A stretch of DNA of 64,000 nucleotides, from assembly GCA_963555755.3 (NCBI GenBank), contig OY820905.2, positions 2,688,001-2,752,000 of the forward strand, in the 5' to 3' direction. The notes beneath the pieces were generated by a model. That model was given only the letters and a program-made list of their open reading frames with translations, was not told the origin of the DNA and made no database searches. The number at the start of each line of letters is the position of its first letter. Position 1 is the first letter of the stretch. A program made the translations under genes and the position numbers. Source of the stretch: Nitrospirales bacterium. Lineage in GTDB: Bacteria > Nitrospirota > Nitrospiria > Nitrospirales > UBA8639. Below are positions 61,003-64,000 of the stretch, piece by piece.

Positions 61003-61905
61003 ATGATTGGCCGGGTCCGGCCTTTAGTCCTGTGGAGTCCCAGTACAAGGCGACTAGTTGTGGTGTTGGTGATTATCGCCCTGGTACTTCTATTTCTCCT
61101 TCCTCGCCAAACGCAATTTCTCCTCCAACAAGTCAGTAAGCCCGTGGCGGACCTGGTCAGCGTTCCCTTGGAAATGATGGCCGATGTCGATCGTGGGGTT
61201 CGCAATTGGTGGAACCAATATGTCGCCCTACAAGGCATGTATGAACAAAACCGCGACCTTCAGGTCAAAGTTCAGAACTTGGAAGGAGAATTAAATCGGC
61301 TCCGGGAACACGCTCTGGCCTCTCAACGGTTAGCTGCATTGCTCGACTTTCAGGAAGAAAGCGCCATGACCACTCTTGCGGCACGAGTGATTGGCCGAAG
61401 CGCCTCGAATTGGTATAGCGGCGTGGTGTTAAATAAAGGAGAAGATGATGGAGTCGCGGTGGAATTTGGCGTGATCACCCCAGCTGGAATCGTAGGGCAC
61501 ATTGTGAAAGTCGCCAGTTCAACGAGTATCGCCTTGTTGATCACCGACCCCAATGTGGCGGTAACTGGGCTCGTTCAGCGAACGCGGGATGAAGGCATTG
61601 TCCAAGGAACGGCGCAGGGTTATGTCCGGATGAAATACATTCCTCCCTTAGCGGCCGTGAAAGAGGGAGATGCGGTTGTCACATCGGGATTGACCGGAGG
61701 ATTTCCTCGCGGGCTCCTGATTGGGCAGGTTCTCAAAGTTGGAGAACGAGAAGGAGATCTCTTCCAAACGGCTCACGTTGCCCCTGTAGTCGATTTTGGA
61801 AAGTTGGAGGAAGTGTTAATCGTCCTTCCACCACCATCGTCGGAAAGTACGGAGTCAATTGGCAACATCCTGACTTCTCAAGAGAAGAAACCCAAGGATT
61901 CATGA
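61003..61905 (+). CDS. mreC: MreC
   Basis: TM, coiled coil, ARVIGR..NKG..VVTSGLTGGFPRGL; follows mreB. Confidence 0.93.
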   Translation: MIGRVRPLVLWSPSTRRLVVVLVIIALVLLFLLPRQTQFLLQQVSKPVADLVSVPLEMMADVDRGVRNWWNQYVALQGMYEQNRDLQVKVQNLEGELNRLREHALASQRLAALLDFQEESAMTTLAARVIGRSASNWYSGVVLNKGEDDGVAVEFGVITPAGIVGHIVKVASSTSIALLITDPNVAVTGLVQRTRDEGIVQGTAQGYVRMKYIPPLAAVKEGDAVVTSGLTGGFPRGLLIGQVLKVGEREGDLFQTAHVAPVVDFGKLEEVLIVLPPPSSESTESIGNILTSQEKKPKDS

Positions 61906-62390
61906 AAACTGGTCTTTTCGTCGGCTTTATTCTCCTGCTCGTTCCCTTACAAACGACTGTGTTGGGATCGGTTAGCCCGTTTGGCATTCGCCCGGATTTG
62001 TGTCTTATCGCAGCCTGCCTCATTGGGTTTCTCACGGGGCAAGTCCAGGGATTGATCATGGGATTTTTTCTCGGATTTGTTCAAGATCTGTTTTCCGCCA
62101 GTGACTTGTGGCTGAATACCATCACCAAATCTGGCGTGGGATTTTTTGCCGGGTTGATTGCGAGAAATTTAGCGAATGCCGCGTCGCATTCAGCATTTTT
62201 AGTTGTGGCTGTTTTTTCAGTCTTTTCCGGGGTGGTGTTTATGGTGTCGTCAAGAGTTGGCATGGACATCGGGGATGTGTTGTTGGGATTTCCTTCCATC
62301 CTCTTGCCCCAAGCGCTCTTTGATGGGTTGGTGGCTATTGCCGTCTATTGGGTCGCCACTCGTTGGACACCAGAGGCCTCAAGCTTCTAG
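61902..62390 (+). CDS. mreD: MreD
   Basis: GIRPDL; GFVQDLFS; hydrophobic; follows mreC. Confidence 0.9.
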   Translation: MKTGLFVGFILLLVPLQTTVLGSVSPFGIRPDLCLIAACLIGFLTGQVQGLIMGFFLGFVQDLFSASDLWLNTITKSGVGFFAGLIARNLANAASHSAFLVVAVFSVFSGVVFMVSSRVGMDIGDVLLGFPSILLPQALFDGLVAIAVYWVATRWTPEASSF

Positions 62391-62493
62391 GAGTTGTCGC
62401 TCGCGGCTAGAGAAAAAGATGGTATGAAAACTCTTATAAATACGAGGGACGAATTTGGGCATACCTTTTCAATAGTCCCAAAACGGATTCGAA

Positions 62494-64000
62494 ATGAGTG
62501 ACAGAAAACTTCAAGAAAACGGATTAGCGGAACTCCAACAGCGGTTGGTTCTGCTCAAAATCGGCGTGCTGGTCGTCATCGGCCTTCTCGCATTGCGTTT
62601 ATGGCAATTACAGGTTCGTGATGGTCCGTACTATCGGGAGCTCGCTCAAAATAATCGAACGCGTTCGATCCTGTTACACCCTGCCCGCGGGCTCATTTTC
62701 GACAGAGACGGGAAACTCCTGGCCAATAATGTTCCCAGTTTTAACGTGTATGTCGAGCTCAACGATGTCAATGATCGAGAAGTCCTCATTCAGAAACTCG
62801 TGAAGTACCTGGGTATTGAAGAATCCGAATTGAGCAAAAAGTTTCGAGCAAGAGGGACCCTAACCCGGGTGAAATTAAAGGGGGGATTGACGCTCCGTGA
62901 GGCGGCCTTGATTGAATCTCATCGGTTGGATTTACCAGAAGTCGTGGTTCACCCGGAATTTCAACGGAATAATCCCCAAGGCCCCTATGCTGCGCATGTG
63001 ATTGGATATGTTGGTGAAGTGTCTGAGCAACAACTGTCCCAGGAATATTTTCAAGGACTTCATCCGGGGAGTATCGTGGGGCAATATGGCGTGGAACGGA
63101 AGTATGATCAACTCTTGCGCGGACAAGCCGGCCGTAAATTGATCGAGGTGGATGCTCTGGGGCATGAAAAACGAACAATCTCCGTCGAGAAACCGCAAGC
63201 CGGCCATGACCTCTATCTGACCCTTGATTTTGATCTGCAACAATTAGCAGAAAATTTATTAGGTGAAGAAGCTGGGGCCATCATTGCGTTGGACCCCAAA
63301 ACCGGCGACACGTTGGCAATAGCCAGCCGCCCCAGTTTTGACCCAAATGCCCTTTCAAGAGGATTGAGTTCAAAGAAATGGCAAAACATTCTCCAGGACA
63401 AGCGGCATCCGCTCACTAACCGAGCCATACAAGGACTCTATCCTCCCGGATCGACGTTTAAAATTATTATGGCTGCAGCCGCATTAGAAACCAATGAGGT
63501 GAAAATGTCCGAAACGATTCAATGCCACGGGAGGTTTCGGTTCGGCAGACGAACGTTTCGTGATTGGAAAGCGAGCGGACATGGTACGGTGAATTTACAC
63601 AAAGCCCTCACACAGTCGTGTGATGTGTATTTTTATAAAATGGGTCATCGCTTAGGCATTGATGCCATTGCGACCTACGCCAGCCTGTTTGGGCTGGGCA
63701 AAAAAACGGGGATTGATTTGCCATCGGAGCAACGAGGCATCGTCCCCTCAACCGAATGGAAACAACAGTTTCGGGGAGAACCCTGGTATCCGGGAGAAAC
63801 CATTTCGGTTGCCATTGGGCAGGGATACGTCACCGTAACCCCGATTCAAATGGCACAAGTGATTGCCACCATCGGCAATAATGGGGTGGCCCACCAACCT
63901 CGATTAGTTCGGGGTGTGCGACGCCGCAATACCGGGAAAGTCGAAACTTGGCCAATGGCCAAAGCCGTACCATTAGGCTTGAATCCCGTGTTTGTGGAGG
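62494..64000 (+). CDS. mrdA: Penicillin-binding protein 2 (runs off window)
   Basis: Manual translation: LRLWQLQV..ARGLIFDRDG..YPPGSTFK..SCDVYFY. Confidence 0.93.
   Translation, partial: MSDRKLQENGLAELQQRLVLLKIGVLVVIGLLALRLWQLQVRDGPYYRELAQNNRTRSILLHPARGLIFDRDGKLLANNVPSFNVYVELNDVNDREVLIQKLVKYLGIEESELSKKFRARGTLTRVKLKGGLTLREAALIESHRLDLPEVVVHPEFQRNNPQGPYAAHVIGYVGEVSEQQLSQEYFQGLHPGSIVGQYGVERKYDQLLRGQAGRKLIEVDALGHEKRTISVEKPQAGHDLYLTLDFDLQQLAENLLGEEAGAIIALDPKTGDTLAIASRPSFDPNALSRGLSSKKWQNILQDKRHPLTNRAIQGLYPPGSTFKIIMAAAALETNEVKMSETIQCHGRFRFGRRTFRDWKASGHGTVNLHKALTQSCDVYFYKMGHRLGIDAIATYASLFGLGKKTGIDLPSEQRGIVPSTEWKQQFRGEPWYPGETISVAIGQGYVTVTPIQMAQVIATIGNNGVAHQPRLVRGVRRRNTGKVETWPMAKAVPLGLNPVFVE

Overview
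A 64-kb bacterial chromosomal window. Gene order and repeat types suggest a Nitrospirales-like organism (inference). The housekeeping backbone includes partial selO/ydiU, ydbH-ynbE-ydbL, an mscS homologue, a complete system I cytochrome c maturation locus (ccdA, tlpA, ccmABC-[E/D]-EFGHI), tRNA-Leu(GAG), queE, pepA, nagZ, a tatA-like gene, a Kef antiporter, leuCD, mreBCD and partial mrdA. Accessory DNA is concentrated at about 29.2-41.2 kb: an IS4 element with an IS630 inserted in its terminal repeat, toxin-antitoxin modules separated by repeated copies of the ccmI 3' end, a lipoprotein/M48 operon, and a decayed tRNA-Leu island holding an IS66-like element with a DUF4338 gene. The window is rich in miniature inverted-repeat elements (MITEs; families are labelled A-H here by me). 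They nest inside each other, disrupt genes or insert in frame, and several share one covarying hairpin core despite different terminal repeats. The most notable observations are this shared-core MITE set, the ccmI 3'-end cassette array, an apparent CcmE-OB-fold/CcmD fusion, and the IS66-DUF4338 element with its own MITE. All family calls come from motif recognition, not database searches.
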